Below are positions 13,401 to 27,050 of a stretch of DNA of 64,000 nucleotides, one piece after another (position 1 is the first letter of the stretch; the number at the start of each line of letters is the position of its first letter). The notes beneath the pieces are model-generated. The model had not been told where the DNA came from. It did not search any database and saw nothing but the letters and a program-made list of their open reading frames with translations. The stretch is from assembly GCA_044892525.1 (NCBI GenBank), contig CM097885.1, positions 42,534,001-42,598,000 on the forward strand. Reading direction: 5' to 3'. The position numbers and the translations under genes are program-made. The stretch is from Schmidtea polychroa (Eukaryota).

Positions 13401-13943
13401 AAATGTGCTACGCTTTTAGTGCATATTAATTTTGGCTTCTTGTTTGGCTTCTTAAATTATTCAAAATATTTTTTGATAATCTCGAATTGGTCAGGCATAT
13501 AATATTGAGGCTTAATTAAATAATTAGAACCTTTTTAGAGCTTCGGAAACATTTTTGCTATTAGAATAACAATTGCAGTTTACGGGAATCACTGTTTGGG
13601 AAATCATCGGCTAATTTATATCGGTAATTAATGGCTTTTATGAATCAGTATCGTTGAACAAATTATGTTAATTTTTAGAATTTAGGTAATAATTAAGCAT
13701 ATAAAAAAGGTTATCATAGGAAAAACGCACAGACAAACAATTAATTATGTTATTTTAAATCATTTTTCTCAATAAAATTAATAATTTCTACAACGAGTAA
13801 AGCACATTTTTATGCACCTTCAGCTTAAATATTGAAAATTGTAAGGTTCTTGTGAAAAATGGTCAATATGATAGATGCGATACATTGGAATGGTAGTGAA
13901 ATATAAAAATGATTTTATTTTCGTAAATTTAATTTAATTTGAA

Positions 13944-14004
<61 letters not shown>

Positions 14005-14046
14005 TTTCAATATAATTAATTGAAACTTCTTAATTTTCGAACCTAG

Positions 14047-14217
14047 TGTTCAGATGTATGTGTCAATATCGGAGTGGCAAGAACTACTACAAATATTGTC
14101 TGCCAATTCAACAACAGAACTGTCGATTCTTCACTGTGCGATCACCAGAAATTACCTAACATTACATGCCTCAATGATAAGTGTCAGATTTCCTACAGCT
14201 ATGGGCCTTGGTCTCAG
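14047..14217 (+). CDS. ADAMTS-like exon (not in the ORF track)
   Basis: cctag acceptor and cag|gtattt donor, 171 nt, phase 0/0. Encodes CSDVCVNIG...VCQF...LCDHQKLPNITCLNDKC...YGPWSQ. Confidence 0.85.
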
Positions 14218-14273
14218 GTATTTTAGTTTGTACAGTTTGAATGGAAACTAATAAGCTTGGATATGTCTACTAG

Positions 14274-14436
14274 TGTTCCCTGAGCTGCAGCAACACGACG
14301 AATTCCAGCATACGCAGCCGTACCATGAAATGCATATGGAAACACACGAACAAACCAGCTTACAACCTATGCCAACTAAATCAAATTCCCCATCGGTCTC
14401 TGACGAAGCCCTGTAGAGTGCCAAAATGTATTTTGG
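14274..14436 (+). CDS. ADAMTS-like exon, last TSP1
   Basis: Follows a 56-nt intron. Encodes CSLSCSN...RSRTMKCIW...LC...KPCRVPKCIL and ends in phase 1. Confidence 0.85.
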
Positions 14437-15367
14437 GTTAGCTAGTTTAACACTTGTTAAAACAAACGCTTATTAATTTTGGATATTAATTTAAACAATT
14501 TCTTGTTATATTGCAAATGTTAATTTAAAAAAAACGGATGAATCCACACTATTTACAGTGTTTTTCATTAAAATTACTAAAATCACAAAATACAAATTCA
14601 TGAAAATTGTAAATAATAAACACTTCTATTTATTTAGTCAGCATTTTTTATAATAAATTGCCGGTATTTTATTAAATAAATCAGTATAAAATAATATTTT
14701 GGCCAGTATTAATTGTGAGAGAAAGTGCGAAGAATTACGGTTTTAAATTTTAAAATCTAAAAAAAATTATTTAAATTTTAATTTATTGGTATTAAATTAA
14801 AATTTTTAATGATTTATAAATTTTTGTGTTAAAATTTTAATAGATTATAACATAAAACATAAACATGTGACTGATAAAATTATTAAAAAGCGCCAATCAA
14901 ACATCACTTATACTATATATTTCCACAAATTCACTATCATAGTCAGACAGAAACGAAAAAAAACTATATAGATTTAAATTGTTCAAGCGACAATCAAGTG
15001 AAAGTCAATTAAAAACCATGGGAGATTCAATCAAAATTTCTTAAAATGTTAAAAGTATAAAAACTGGACAAGATGACTACCGGAAGTGAAAAACGTCAAT
15101 AATTCAACGCACGATAAGGTTCAGTAAAGTGAAAGTTGTGTGCAGAAAAAAAACATACATAAATAATGATAATAGCACGTTAACAAACATTCAGACGTGA
15201 AAAAATGCGCCTAACTGATAAATAAAGAATTCAAATTTAAAGAAGGGAAAAGATGAAATAAAGGTATAATAACAAGTGAATAACAAAATAATAGGAAATG
15301 AAGATTAAAAAGGATGTTATGACAAAAAATATTTTGCTTTTGAGAAATACCAGAAAGACGGCGTAAT

Positions 15368-15480
15368 TGAATATATAATGAATATATAATGAATATATAA
15401 TGAATATAATGAATATAATGAATATATAATGAATATATAATGAATATATAATGAATATATAATAATTGAATATATAATGA
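15368..15480 (+). repeat. GAATATATAAT minisatellite
   Basis: About 10 tandem 9-11-nt units. Confidence 0.9.
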
Positions 15481-16073
15481 AAAACAATATCTCTATGTAT
15501 GTCATTAGCCAGTGGTTCCAAAATTTGGAAATGTTCCTCTGACAACGTAACTAACATATAAACTGAAATGGAAGTTTTTTCAGTTTTTCATTTATTGCAT
15601 TTATTTAATAAATATAAATTCAACTACAATATTTAAAAGAATAAATGGAAGACAAATATTTGTAATACTCACTATTTATTGGTATTCCTTCTGTTTCTTT
15701 ATGATTGAACCATATAAGTATGGCTGAATCCAAATTTTCATATTGTCACAATCTCTTGTAAACTTCTCAAACTTTCTTTTTTGTTGAATTATATCGCAAC
15801 AGGTCCATTTACTTAAAATTACTTCAATGCAAATTCACGCTTTCAAAACTTTCAATTAACAAAAGTTTCTGACTTATTACGTAATAAATATGTACGACCT
15901 TTTTGCGATTATTAGGCCTTTTTAAAGGTTTTTAAAAAATATTTTATTTATGAATGTTGAGATAAATTAAAAATAAATTAAAAGACTGGTAAATATGAAA
16001 GCGAGCTAATATTAAAAAAAATACATTTGTAATTATTTCTAAACAATTAAATTCATGCACGGATAATCAAGAG

Positions 16074-16358
16074 CAACGTTCCCTCTAAGCTGCGCGCGTG
16101 TACGCGCGCAGCAAAATTATTTTCAGCGCAGTATATTTAATTCAATTTTTGATACTCAATATTATTATGTGGTTCATTTTGAATATTTAAAAATTTTCAA
16201 TGTTAATAACCAGATACATAATAACGGTATATTTCTGTAGTGTCGTTTTAAAACTCTTACAACCACGTTATAGCATTTTGACGCTCATTTGTATTGAAAG
16301 GCTGCTCAGCGCAGCTGACTTCGCGCGCACTGCTGCTTATGGCTTAGAGGGAACATTG
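16074..16358. mobile_element. hAT MITE with 8-bp TSD
   Basis: TIRs CAACGTTCCCTCTAAGC / GCTTAGAGGGAACATTG, with a perfect TSD ATCAAGAG at 16066-16073 and 16359-16366. Confidence 0.9.
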
Positions 16359-16472
16359 ATCAAGAGTCTACTGTATTTTTATTAATTTGTAGTAAAAAAT
16401 AATGTTTTTCTTGCACAAAATGATAAATTACGTTATTGAAAATCAGTTCATTCCAAAAAATTAGTCAGTTAA

Positions 16473-16685
16473 TGTAAGATGGCTGGAAATAATATCTATT
16501 TGATATTATATAATATTTATGCATGTTGAATTTGTATGATTGAATATTATATAATGCATGTATGAATGTGAACGGTGTGATAATGTATTATGTATGCATG
16601 TATCTTGCTCAAGATACTTACTATCTCTTGAAGGATAATGAGTTTTAGTTAATAATAAATATTACGTCTTCAAAGTCTTCCAACA
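16473..16685 (+). mobile_element. Probable solo LTR
   Basis: Ends TGTAAGATG...TCTTCCAACA resemble the LTRs at 25899 and 34415. AATAAA lies near the 3' end. Flanks are GTTAA/GCTAA. Confidence 0.5.
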
Positions 16686-16719
16686 GCTAATATTTTAATT
16701 CTCTAATATATTTTAAAAC

Positions 16720-17000
16720 ACGACACATGTCCAATGTTGCATTCGCTGAAACTTTTCTAATTTTTATCCATTGTTACATTTTATTTTCTGTATGAAGCAG
16801 CCTTTTCTCGGTCTGGGTATAAATTCGGGAAAATGTCTATTCGTTGGTATTAGTAGTCCGAGTTGTTTTTGTCGTCCAACCTTTTTATGCTGGTACTTTT
16901 TAATTATTTCTTCAACTAATTTGAACAAAATTCTAAGTTGTCCATGGTTCCTTATTTGTTTTATATAAAATAAATGAATTGAAAATGAGCAGGTCAACTA
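16720..17000 (-). pseudogene. piggyBac (PGBD4-like) transposase C-terminal remnant
   Basis: FKLVEEII...RHFPEFIP.PRKGC resembles the linker before the Cys-rich domain; degenerate. Confidence 0.45.
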
Positions 17001-17429
17001 TGTGCATAAAAATTAAATATAAATCGTTATATACACAAATCTAAATTCTTAGAATAAAAGTAATCCAACATTAGACGTGACATAACCGGATTTGAAATGT
17101 TTGGATAAAAACAATTTCATAATAAACTTGACATAAAAAAATACAGTAATATATAAAGCCTAATTCCACCTGTCGATGTAATGGATCTGTGCAGTAAGCT
17201 CTTAATTTTCATGTTTTTATGTAAATTTTTGTTTCACATGTATTAAGTTTCTCATTATGCTAATCATATTCAAAATTATTCAACAATGGCAGCACAAGTA
17301 CTAAAAGGTGCTTTGTAGGTTATAAAGGAAAACATTGTAAAATAAAAGAAAAAATATCAAAATAAATAAAAGCATAAAAAAATTGAGAAAACATTCAATA
17401 ACTAATTCTACCTTATACTTTGCACGTTG

Positions 17430-17865
17430 GTTTATCAATATTGAAAGGGTGAAATTCTTTAATCTTTTCAATATTCCTGATTAAAGACTTCCTACTTTTA
17501 TCTCTCAGCATATAACTACGATTGTGTATTCGTTTTGTTACCGCTTATGGTCCTTCATATCTATCTTGATCCTTGTTTCGTATTTCTCGTTTGACTAACA
17601 TTTTGTCTCCAACTTCCAACCTCCTTGCAGTTGTTGCTTCGTCATTTCGTCTTTTACATTCAATTTTCAATGAAATATCATTCCTGTTGATTCTACTATA
17701 ATTATACCATTCCGATCTATCAATTTTCTTACCAAAAATAATTTCAGCTGGACTTACTCTCGTTGATTTTTGGATTGTCGCGTTGAGTGTATATTCTATA
17801 TCTGGGATAAGGTCTGCCCAGTCTTTTGTATTTCCGTCTTTCAGCGATGCATTAATCAAATCTCT
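17430..17865 (-). pseudogene. Gypsy integrase C-terminal fragment
   Basis: DWADLIPDIEYTLNATIQKSTRVSPAEIIFG...VGDKMLVK...RYEGP. Confidence 0.9.
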
Positions 17866-17867
17866 TA

Positions 17868-20175
17868 TTGTCCGTTTATTTTAGCTCAATCGATCTTGAT
17901 AATGCATATTACCAAATGGAGTTAGACGAAGAAGCGCAAGAGAAAACAGCCTTCTCAACAAAGAAAGGGCAATACTATTTCAATAGAATGCCGTTCGGAA
18001 TTGCTGCAGCACCAGGTACTTTCCAGGAAATGATGACAAAGGTAATAGGCAAAATAAATGGAGCAATGGTGTATTTGGATGACATTCTGATTTATTTGAA
18101 TAGTAAAGAAAAACATTATACAATACTCAGTGAAGTATTAAAAGCGAAAAAAAAGAAATTAGATTCTTAGGACACATAATCAACAAAAAAAGAGTACAGA
18201 CCGATCCTTCTAAGATTCAGGCTATACAAAACTTTGGGAAGCCAAGTTGCGTAAAGAAACTTCGAAGCTTTCTAGGCATTTGCAATTATTATAGAAGATT
18301 CATCAGTGAGTATGCAAAGAAAGCAAGGACGTTAGAACAATGATGTAGAGGTCCGAGTAACAAGACTGGAATGGACTGAAGGAACAAATAACGTATTCGA
18401 GGGATTGAAGTTAGCACTCACAACGGCACCGATCCTATGCTTTCCGGATCTGAAAAAGGAGTTCATTTTAGATACTGATGCCAGTTTTGATACCATTAGA
18501 GCAGTGCTTTCACAAAGAGATAAAGATGGAAAGGAGAGAGTAATTGCGTATGGATCACACTCGATGACGAGCCATGAAAAAGGATGTTACATTAGAAGGA
18601 AGGAACTATTGGCGGTATACTATTTTTGTATTCATTTTAAGCACTATCTTTGCGGAAGGAGATTCACGCTAAGGACAGACCACAAGGCGATCAAGTTTAT
18701 GATGACAACCAAGAAGCCAATTACTTCACAATTCCAAACTTGGATCACTTATTTGAGCAGTTTGGATATAATCGTTGAATATAGAAAGGGTGTTAATCAC
18801 CAAAATGCAGACATGGTGTCCAGAACTAAATGTGAAACGTGTGTTCAATGTCAAATGGCTCACGAAGAAGCTAAAAAAGGAAAGATAAAAACTAGATTAC
18901 TAGACTCAATCAGAGAAGAAGGTAGAAGCACCAATCAACAAATAAATTTGGAAGAAGAATTACGAAAGAAAACGATGATACCTGAAAACGAGATACAAGA
19001 AACCATAAAGGAAATACATAGACTATTGTGTCATGCTGGAGTCGAGAAAATAGTTGATTATATGAAAGATAAATATATTAGGAAAAACCTGTGGAGTCAG
19101 ATTCAGAAAACTATTCGAAGTTGTAAGACTTGTCAAAAACCAAGGCTATAACAATTACAACGAAGGAACCAGTAAAAAAACTAGAATCAACCGAAATTTT
19201 CGAAATTATATTCGTGGATATATGTGGACCAATGCAAGAAACAAAAGGACGTAAGAAGTATATATTGGGTACAATAGACCAGTATAGTAAGTATCAAGTC
19301 TTGACAGATATAACAAGACAAGACGAGGAAACCATAAAGAAAACGATTTCAGAAAAATGGATTTTAAGATTTGGATGCCCAAAGGAGATAAGAGTTGATT
19401 GTGGGAAGGCGTTTGATGAGAGAATTCACAAAGAAACTTGATATTAAGTTATGTTTTTCGAGTCCATGCCATCACCAAACAAATGGACAGATAGAAAGGC
19501 AATTCAGGAGAATACGAGAGCTGATAAATGCTACTTTACGAGACAGAAGGAAGACGGATTGGGCAGAGATACTACCAGAAGTCGAATTTACATTAAATGC
19601 AACCAAACAAAAAACGACAGGAAAAAGCCATACAGAGATAGTTTTTGGAAAAAAGATTAGCAGGAAAAAATGGTACCGGTCAAAGGGAAAACTGGTAAAG
19701 GAAGAACAAGAAAAACAAGAAAATCAAACAAGGAGGAAATTCAATGTAGAAGAAGAGGTGTTAGTCAAATTAGAAACACGCAACAAAAGCCAGGACAGAT
19801 ATGAGGGACCATATAAAATAATGGAAAAAGTGCATGAGAGACGATATATCTTAATTAACCAGAATGGTAAAACGATTGAAAGAAATGTGGAAAACCTTAA
19901 AAAATTTCTTAAGGAGAGGGATATGAGGAAAATGATAGATTCTTAAAGATTTAATTAGAAATTTTTCTAAATTTAAAAAAAGATTTTTATTGAAAAATAT
20001 TTTAAAAAGAAGACTGAAATTTAGCATTCTTAAAAAATATTTTTATCGAAAAATATTTTAAAAGGAAAATTGAAATTTGTTTAAATAACAAAAATAAGAA
20101 AGACAAGTTCTTGAGTGTAAAATTTATTGAATAAAATTTATGGAATTATTTAGTGATTTGTAAACAGATATTAAT
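17868..20175 (+). mobile_element. Truncated gypsy element (RT-RNaseH-integrase, PPT, probable 3' LTR)
   Basis: YLDD RT, FILDTDAS RNase H, HAG...CKTC zinc finger, integrase core and YEGPY. Purine tract AAGGAGAGGG at about 19911-19920. Frameshifted. Confidence 0.88.
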
Positions 20176-20199
20176 GTTGTAACGGATGGGAATCCTAAT

Positions 20200-22080
20200 T
20201 TCCAGCATGGCACAATAATATAAGTGTTTTGTTAATCATTTCTCTTCTTTTGCTTTCTGGTATCCATATTCTTATATCTTTGGTATAAATAATGTTATCC
20301 ATCTATTATAAACTTTCCACTCGTTTGCGTTCTTATTTTATTTTTAATCTCTCCTATTTCATCACTATTCCTTTGCCATTCCTCTCCATTGCCTTCAGTA
20401 TTATATTTTACAATCTGGTTTTCATTCTTACAATTTTAGGATTATCGTGCTCCATAAGGCATTGTACACATGTGCCACACGTTTTTCTCAATAACATGTA
20501 TGTGTTAGTATGAATTGTACCCTTTCTAAATTCCATTTTTATATCACGGTTACTTAAATAGTTTATCCAGGTCTGGAATTGAGCTGTAATTGGCTTCTTC
20601 GTGGTTAACATAAATGTAATTGCTTTATGATCTGTACGTAGTGTAAATTGTTTTCCATATAAATAGTGATTGAAATGCCGACAAAAATAATATATAGCCA
20701 GAAGTTCTTTTTTGTAATACAATAGCCTCTTTCGTGGTCATCCATTGCATGCAAGTTATATGCGATAACTTGCTTCATATCCCATGTCATCCTTCTGTGA
20801 TAAGACTGCGCCGATTGTATCAAAACATGCATCCGTTTTCAGTATGAATTATTTCTTAAAATCCGGAAATACCAAAATCGGTGAGGTTATCAATGCCAAC
20901 TTCATATTTTCAAACCTGCTCACAATTTTTATTTCATATTATGTTGTCTCTATTTTTACCACATATACTCTCTAAAGCTCTTGTCTTCTTTGCGTATTCC
21001 TTAATAAATTTTCGATAATAGTTGCGAATACCCAAGAAACTCCTTAAGTATTTCACACATTTCGGATTTTGAAATGATTGAATAGCTTCAATTTTGCTTT
21101 GATCCGTTTGGATGCCGTCTTATCTATAATATGGCCTAAGAATTTCACTTTGCCTTTCAGTATTTAACATTTTTCTGGATTAATTCTTAGTTTAGCTTCT
21201 GCAATTTTCAGCAATACTCTTTCCACCAGTGTTCGTAAAAATTATTTTATCGTCCAGATAAACCATTATCTCATCTTTCCATAAATCCTTTAATATCTTC
21301 GTCATGAGTTTTTGAAAGGTTCCTTGTGCTGCCACGATGCCAAACGGCATTCGGTTGAAACAGAATCGCCCCTCCTTCGTTGAAAAAACTGTTTTCTCCT
21401 GTGATTCTCTATTCAGCTTTACCTGAAAGTATGCGTTTTTAAGGTCAATAGAACTAAAATATCTTGTCCCATGCAAAGCATCTAAGATCTCGTCAATGTT
21501 CGGCATCGGGAACGCGTGCCTTTCAGTAATTTTGTTAAGTTGTCTTAAGTCCAAAAATGGGTCTGATGTCCTTCCTTTTCTTTTTCCAAACGCACACTAA
21601 CCGGATATTCCAAGGTGAATTACACTTCCTTATAATATTATTATTCTCCAGATTTTTAATGGCCATGTTTATTTTCTCTTCCAAGTTTATAGGCCGTCTT
21701 CTCGGCTTTATCATTATTCATCCGGCAGTTGTTTCATGTTTATGTTTAATTAGATCAGTGCATCCAACATTCCACTTGTCAGCCATGAAAACACATTTAT
21801 TTCTCTTGATAATTTTTACAAGCAATTTATCTTATTTTTACTTTCAACTTCTCTATAGCATGTTAGAATCTTTCTTCATTTGTAATATTCCTCCAAAATT
21901 TAGCATCAATTTCACATGTACGTTCGTTAAATATCATTTTACCTTCTTGAATCCATCTTAATTCCATACCGAATTGTTTCTGTAATTCTACACCCCCAAT
22001 AATATCTGGGAAAATGTTTTGTACCACGATAAAGGTCACTATTTTTGCTAGCTTCCCTATCTTTACATCAATTATTGCTT
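20200..22080 (-). pseudogene. Degenerate gypsy pol (protease end-RT-RNaseH)
   Basis: DLRQLNKITERHAFPMPNIDE...RMPFG...VYLDD and KELLAIYYFCRHFNHYLYGKQFTLRTDHKA. Confidence 0.9.
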
Positions 22081-22369
22081 GAAGATAATTTTTAATATTC
22101 TAGTGTTTTTTTTAACATAATCAAATATTAAATCATAAAGTAATGTTTCCAAAATCGAGCATTAATTATATTAAAATGAGCATTGGTTTTTTTTAAATGA
22201 GAATTAAAGAAATTTAGCATTTATTATATTGAATGATCGTTATTTATATTTTATGAGCATTAATTATATTAAGGTACATTTTTTTTGTTATGCGTGTATT
22301 ATTGATTTGTAATTAGCAGTATTTCAAATTCAAACGATATAGAAGAGAAGATAGACAAACCCCCAAGAC

Positions 22370-23103
22370 AACACACATGAAAATGCAGTTGTTTTTTAAG
22401 AAATGGAAAAATGAAACTAGATTCCTCGAATATTTTACAAATGAATGGTTGTCATCAAAGAACGGTTGGTATGAAAGCCTAAAAATGTTTACACAAGCAC
22501 CAACAACGCCCTCAAAGAAACCAACCGTGTTATCAAAGATGAAGATACTTTACGCGAACTTTTAGTGCTCTCAAGATTTATTTTGGTTGTTTTTGAAATT
22601 GTTCAAAAGTGATCAAAAGAGCACAATCAAAGAGATAGAAATTCAAAATGTTACAAGGAAGAAACAACTATTCAACTTTCACATTAGAATGATAGATACA
22701 ATTGGACAAAGTCAAACAATGAAGTGATTTCAATATCAGATACTGACGTAGAGACTACAAAATATTATGTACAATCAGGCGAAACTGTTAAAATCTCAGA
22801 AAAAGATATAAAACGCTGCAAAATAGTCGATTTAATACTTTCGAGACCTTCAGAGCTACACAATTCGGCATTTGGTGTGTGCCCCTACCAAACAATGGAG
22901 GAATATGGAAGACAGGTAGTTGTACCTGTCCTGCATTTCTAAAGCACTACATTTTTAAAAATGTGGTTGGTATGTCGACCAGTTTAAAGTATTACAAACC
23001 ACCACAAGAGGCAAAAAATGTCGATATTGGAACCAAGCGCAAGAGAGGAAGACCTTCGAAAGCTAGAAAAGACAATGACAATTTTATAAATGATGATCTG
23101 TGA
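22370..23103 (+). pseudogene. MULE (Mutator-like) transposase 3' remnant
   Basis: FLEYFTNEWL...WYE, SWIM-type CTCPAFLKHYI and AT-hook KRKRGRPSKA; frameshifted. Confidence 0.75.
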
Positions 23104-23555
23104 TTTTTTGTCTAATGTTTTTTCTTAAATTGATTAACGTATTTTTTAATTTAAATTAATAATTTCTACAATGGTATTAAATTAATTCTAAAGCTTTATT
23201 ATATTAATGCTCATTCAATATATTATTAATGCTCAATTAAATATTAGCATTTCCAAAACTGTTGAGTAAGATGCTTCAGTTGGCATTGCACGTGGAAATC
23301 CTACACCTTTTCCTATGTCATTGTATTTTTATAAATAGGTTTCAACAGTCACCTACCAAAATTCTAAGTGCCATATTTCATTGTTTTTTTAACCCAAACA
23401 TTGTTAATACATTCATCTTATAATCACAATAAAAGAGGCCAGTACCACTTTTAATTGTGGATAGATAATTTTAGTTTGAAGAGAATGACTTGTTTAATTT
23501 TCTTCTTTTTAATTTAAAATTTTTGTTAAAAAATATTATTATAATTTTCTTTTAG

Positions 23556-23662
23556 GATGCAAAGATTTGACCCCTTCTTGTGGGAAACAGTCAAAATATC
23601 GATGTAGAAGCAGTTTATTTAATCATTTTTGCTGTGCATTTTGCAACAAACAATTCTCATAA
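23556..23662 (+). CDS. ADAMTS-like terminal exon, PLAC domain
   Basis: ttttag acceptor; phase 1 matches the exon ending at 14436. Encodes GCKDLTPSCGKQSKYRCRSSLFNHFCCAFCNKQFS*. AATAAA lies at about 23779. Confidence 0.88.
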
Positions 23663-24437
23663 ATGTCCCCTTTCATGGTGAATTATTAACAGATCATATT
23701 TTGTCATTTATATTCTGGTACAAGGTTTCTCAGCTCTTTTTGTTAATGGTTTCAACTATTTTCGCTATAATAATTATCAATAAAACAATACAATTACTTC
23801 TTTATATTTCATAAATCCGATGTAGACGGTAAAGAATGACATTATTTCATATGAATTAAAAATTAACCATTTTCTGGAACTTTTGTTTTAATTATTACAA
23901 ATTTAATAGCTATGTCATAATTGGAATTTAGGGCCCTTAAGCAAATTATCACTGATTTATTTTATAAAAAATTATATAATTCCTTTAATAATCACATCTT
24001 TCAATTACAACCAAAGTTAATGTATTTTATATGCGTTTAACGCTTATTTTTAAACTTTTAAAAATTTCAAATCACTAAAATATAATATTTTTATTAATGC
24101 AAATTAAATGGACACGGCTTAACCTTTTTATATACCTTTTAACAGTTTTATATGAACTACAGAAAAATTATTTCATTTTGAAATTATGAAATTTATTTTT
24201 TTTAATCAAAATTCGGCAAACAATGGAAAAAAAATAATGTAATGGCATTCAGAAAAAATCTTCAATAAAAACAAATAAAATTTCAAAAATAAATTTTCTT
24301 TTCAATATTGAATAGCATCAAAATATAGATGGAATTCGTATTCAGTATTGACGATGACATTAATATTCTTGACAAGATTAGAAAAGAAAATTGTTTTTTT
24401 CCAATTTGAGATGCCCATCGTTTATAAATGGTATGTA

Positions 24438-24918
24438 AAACTAAGAATTAACCCAGAAAAATATCAAATACTGAAAAGCGAAGTGAAATTCTTAGGCCAT
24501 ATTATAAATAAGACGGCATCCAAACGGATCAAAGCAAAATTGAAGCTATTCAATCATTTCAAAATCCGAAATGTGTGAAATACTTAAGGAGTTTCTTGGG
24601 TATTCGCAACTATTATCGAAAATTTATTAAGGAATACGCAAAGAAGACAAGAGCTTTAGAGAGTATATGTGGTAAAAATAGAGACAAAATAATATGGAAT
24701 GAAAATTGTGATCAGGCTTTGAGAATATGAATTTGGCATTGATAACCTCACCGATTTTGGTATTTCTGGATTTTAAGAAAGAATTCATACTGAATACGGA
24801 TGCAAGTTTTGATACAATCGGCGCAGTCTTATCACAGAAGGAATACATGGGATATGAGCAAGTTATCGCATATAGCTTACATGCGATGAATGACCACGAA
24901 AGAGGCTATTGTATTATA
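24438..24918 (+). pseudogene. Gypsy RT/RNaseH fragment
   Basis: Close reverse-complement match to 20712-21193; KEFILNTDASFDTIGAVLSQ. Confidence 0.85.
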
Positions 24919-24939
24919 ATATAAACAGTTTACATAAAT

Positions 24940-25530
24940 ATACTGTATTTACAAGGAAATGGAAAAATTCTTCAATTGCATTCTTGAATTTGAAAATCCA
25001 GCAGAGATTTTTAGAAAACCAACTGATACTGGTTTTTATACTTCTCGTGAAAGGTTTGGCGAATTTAAGCTTAAGAGAAGTAAGATGAAAGGATTGATTT
25101 AATATTCATGGTCTCTACCTTCTACTCAAAGTGTTCATAAATGTATTAAGAATCCTTTTGAAAATATATGGGAGTAATTTAGGTAGTGTGTAAATCGAAT
25201 TATGATATTAATAACATTAATAGTGTGTCTAAAAATGATGAGCCTAAATGTGTGTTGGTATTGCGGCGCTGAAAAGTTTTACAGATTTGAACAGATAGCT
25301 AAGGTGTTGGGAAATTTAAATTATATGATCGTCTCTAATTTGTGTAAAGTATGCATTATCTTTATTAATAAGATTAAAAATGCAGTTCAATTGTTTTCGG
25401 ATCAAATTTATCAATTTACATGTAACGGATACAATGTCATATACATTGGAGAGACTTCTCGTCATTTCTTGATTCGAGTTATTGAACATTATTGATTGAA
25501 AGAATGAGCCAATATTAGTGAACACAATGA
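24940..25530 (+). pseudogene. Penelope-like retroelement remnant
   Basis: RT-thumb-like FRKPTDTG at about 25010-25035 and GIY-YIG motif IYQFTCNGYNVIYIGETSRHFLIRVIEH. Confidence 0.8.
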
Positions 25531-25826
25531 GTAAAACAGATATGTTTAATTTTAAAATTTGATTAAAAATAATTTAATAATTATTTGGAAAGTGTAATAT
25601 GTGAGCCTTTGGATTGGAAAATTTATGTGAAAACTTCTGTGCATATTTGTAGTTTGAATGTTTTAAAATAATTTGGATGTTAAATTGCTGATTGTTGTTA
25701 ATTTTGATTATTTGAAAATAATAATAATATTAAACACTTAAATGATAATTAGGGCCTTTTGTTGCGAATAATCATTGAATTGTTTAACATTTAATTACTA
25801 TCAAGAAATCATCACTTTATACTAAC

Positions 25827-25898
<72 letters not shown>

Positions 25899-26164
25899 TG
25901 TAAGATGATATAATAATTTCCAACGAATTACTTACATAACCAGGTCACTAGACCTTGATATCTATTGAATGATGCGGGAATGCTTGTATAACTAAATTAA
26001 GTAAGTATGTTTGTCTTCTGTGTCAACAGTATCACTTAAACTAATAATTCTCCCTTTTGTAGATTACGTAATTCAATGTACTATAAATAGTATAACGATT
26101 GTGTGTTCCGTTTAGATTTTTGAAGTGAATAAAGATTTCTGTAAAACTATGTCTTCTTCTAACA
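25899..26164 (+). repeat. 5' LTR
   Basis: TGTAAG...CTAACA, with TATAAA and AATAAA. One mismatch seen versus the 3' LTR. Confidence 0.97.
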
Positions 26165-27046
26165 TGGCGACCACGCCAGGACTCCAGAACTATATCAAGC
26201 CACCTAATCAATTGCTGCCAAATGGTGATTTAGAAATTTTTATTTTGGAATTGAAGAGATTTTTCGAAGTCACTCAACAACCGCAAGAAACTCAAGAAAT
26301 TTTTACCAAGGCCTTTCTGTCGGTAGAGTTGATCCAGAAATATGAAGAAGTACAGAGCGATTATTCAGGCTATGAAGAAAGATTAAGAAAAGCGTTCGAG
26401 CCAAGGAAAAATCTAGCCATGGATCTAGACGCAGCTTTAAGATATCGAAAAGGAAATGACTCGTGCACCGAATTTTTCAATAAAGTGGAAAAGCTCGTCG
26501 ACAATGTTCTTCGACACAAATTAACAAAACCGGCATTAATGTTATTTTTAATGCAGAATGCAATGGAAGATATGGAAACAAAAAAAGAATTGAAATTAAG
26601 AGAAGTTAAATCAGTAGATAAGGCCAAGGAAGTGATATCAAGAATGGAAGAAATTCAAAAAGAGCTTTCAAGTGAACAATCATTAGCATCTCTACATGAA
26701 AATAAATCATATGCGGAGACAGTCAAAAGTCCGAGAAAAACTCAGTTGTACCAACAGAATAAGACGCCAATATTTTCTAACTCTAGAACCAATGAGGCCG
26801 TGAACTTCAATATGCCAAATAAATGTGACTGGAAGAACGGGACCAGGCGATTTAGACTGGGCGTGTGGGGAGCAAGGACATATTCGAGCAGAATGCCCAA
26901 ACGTAAAATGCTCTCAATGTTCCAAAAATGGTCATTTCAAGTATCAATGTTGGGACATCAGAAGAAATTCAGTTAATACAGAAGCATATTACAACGGAAG
27001 AAATTATGATAGAAATCAAAAACAATTTGGATCCAGAGGACAATAA
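26164..27046 (+). pseudogene. gag (5' part), frameshifted
   Basis: Two CCHC knuckles, (D)WACGEQGHIRAEC and CSQCSKNGHFKYQC, in a shifted frame. The gag tail resumes at 31121. Confidence 0.85.
26165..26184 (+). promoter_or_regulatory. Primer-binding site, probably tRNA-Arg
   Basis: TGGCGACCACGCCAGGACTC directly after the LTR. Its reverse complement GAGTCCTGGCGTGGTCG-CCA resembles tRNA-Arg(TCG) 3' ends. Confidence 0.7.
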
Positions 27047-27050
27047 CAAA

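Noticed and set aside
14395..14430. CTGACGA hammerhead-like core
   Set aside because: There is no stem II or GAAA, and it lies within an ADAMTSL coding exon.
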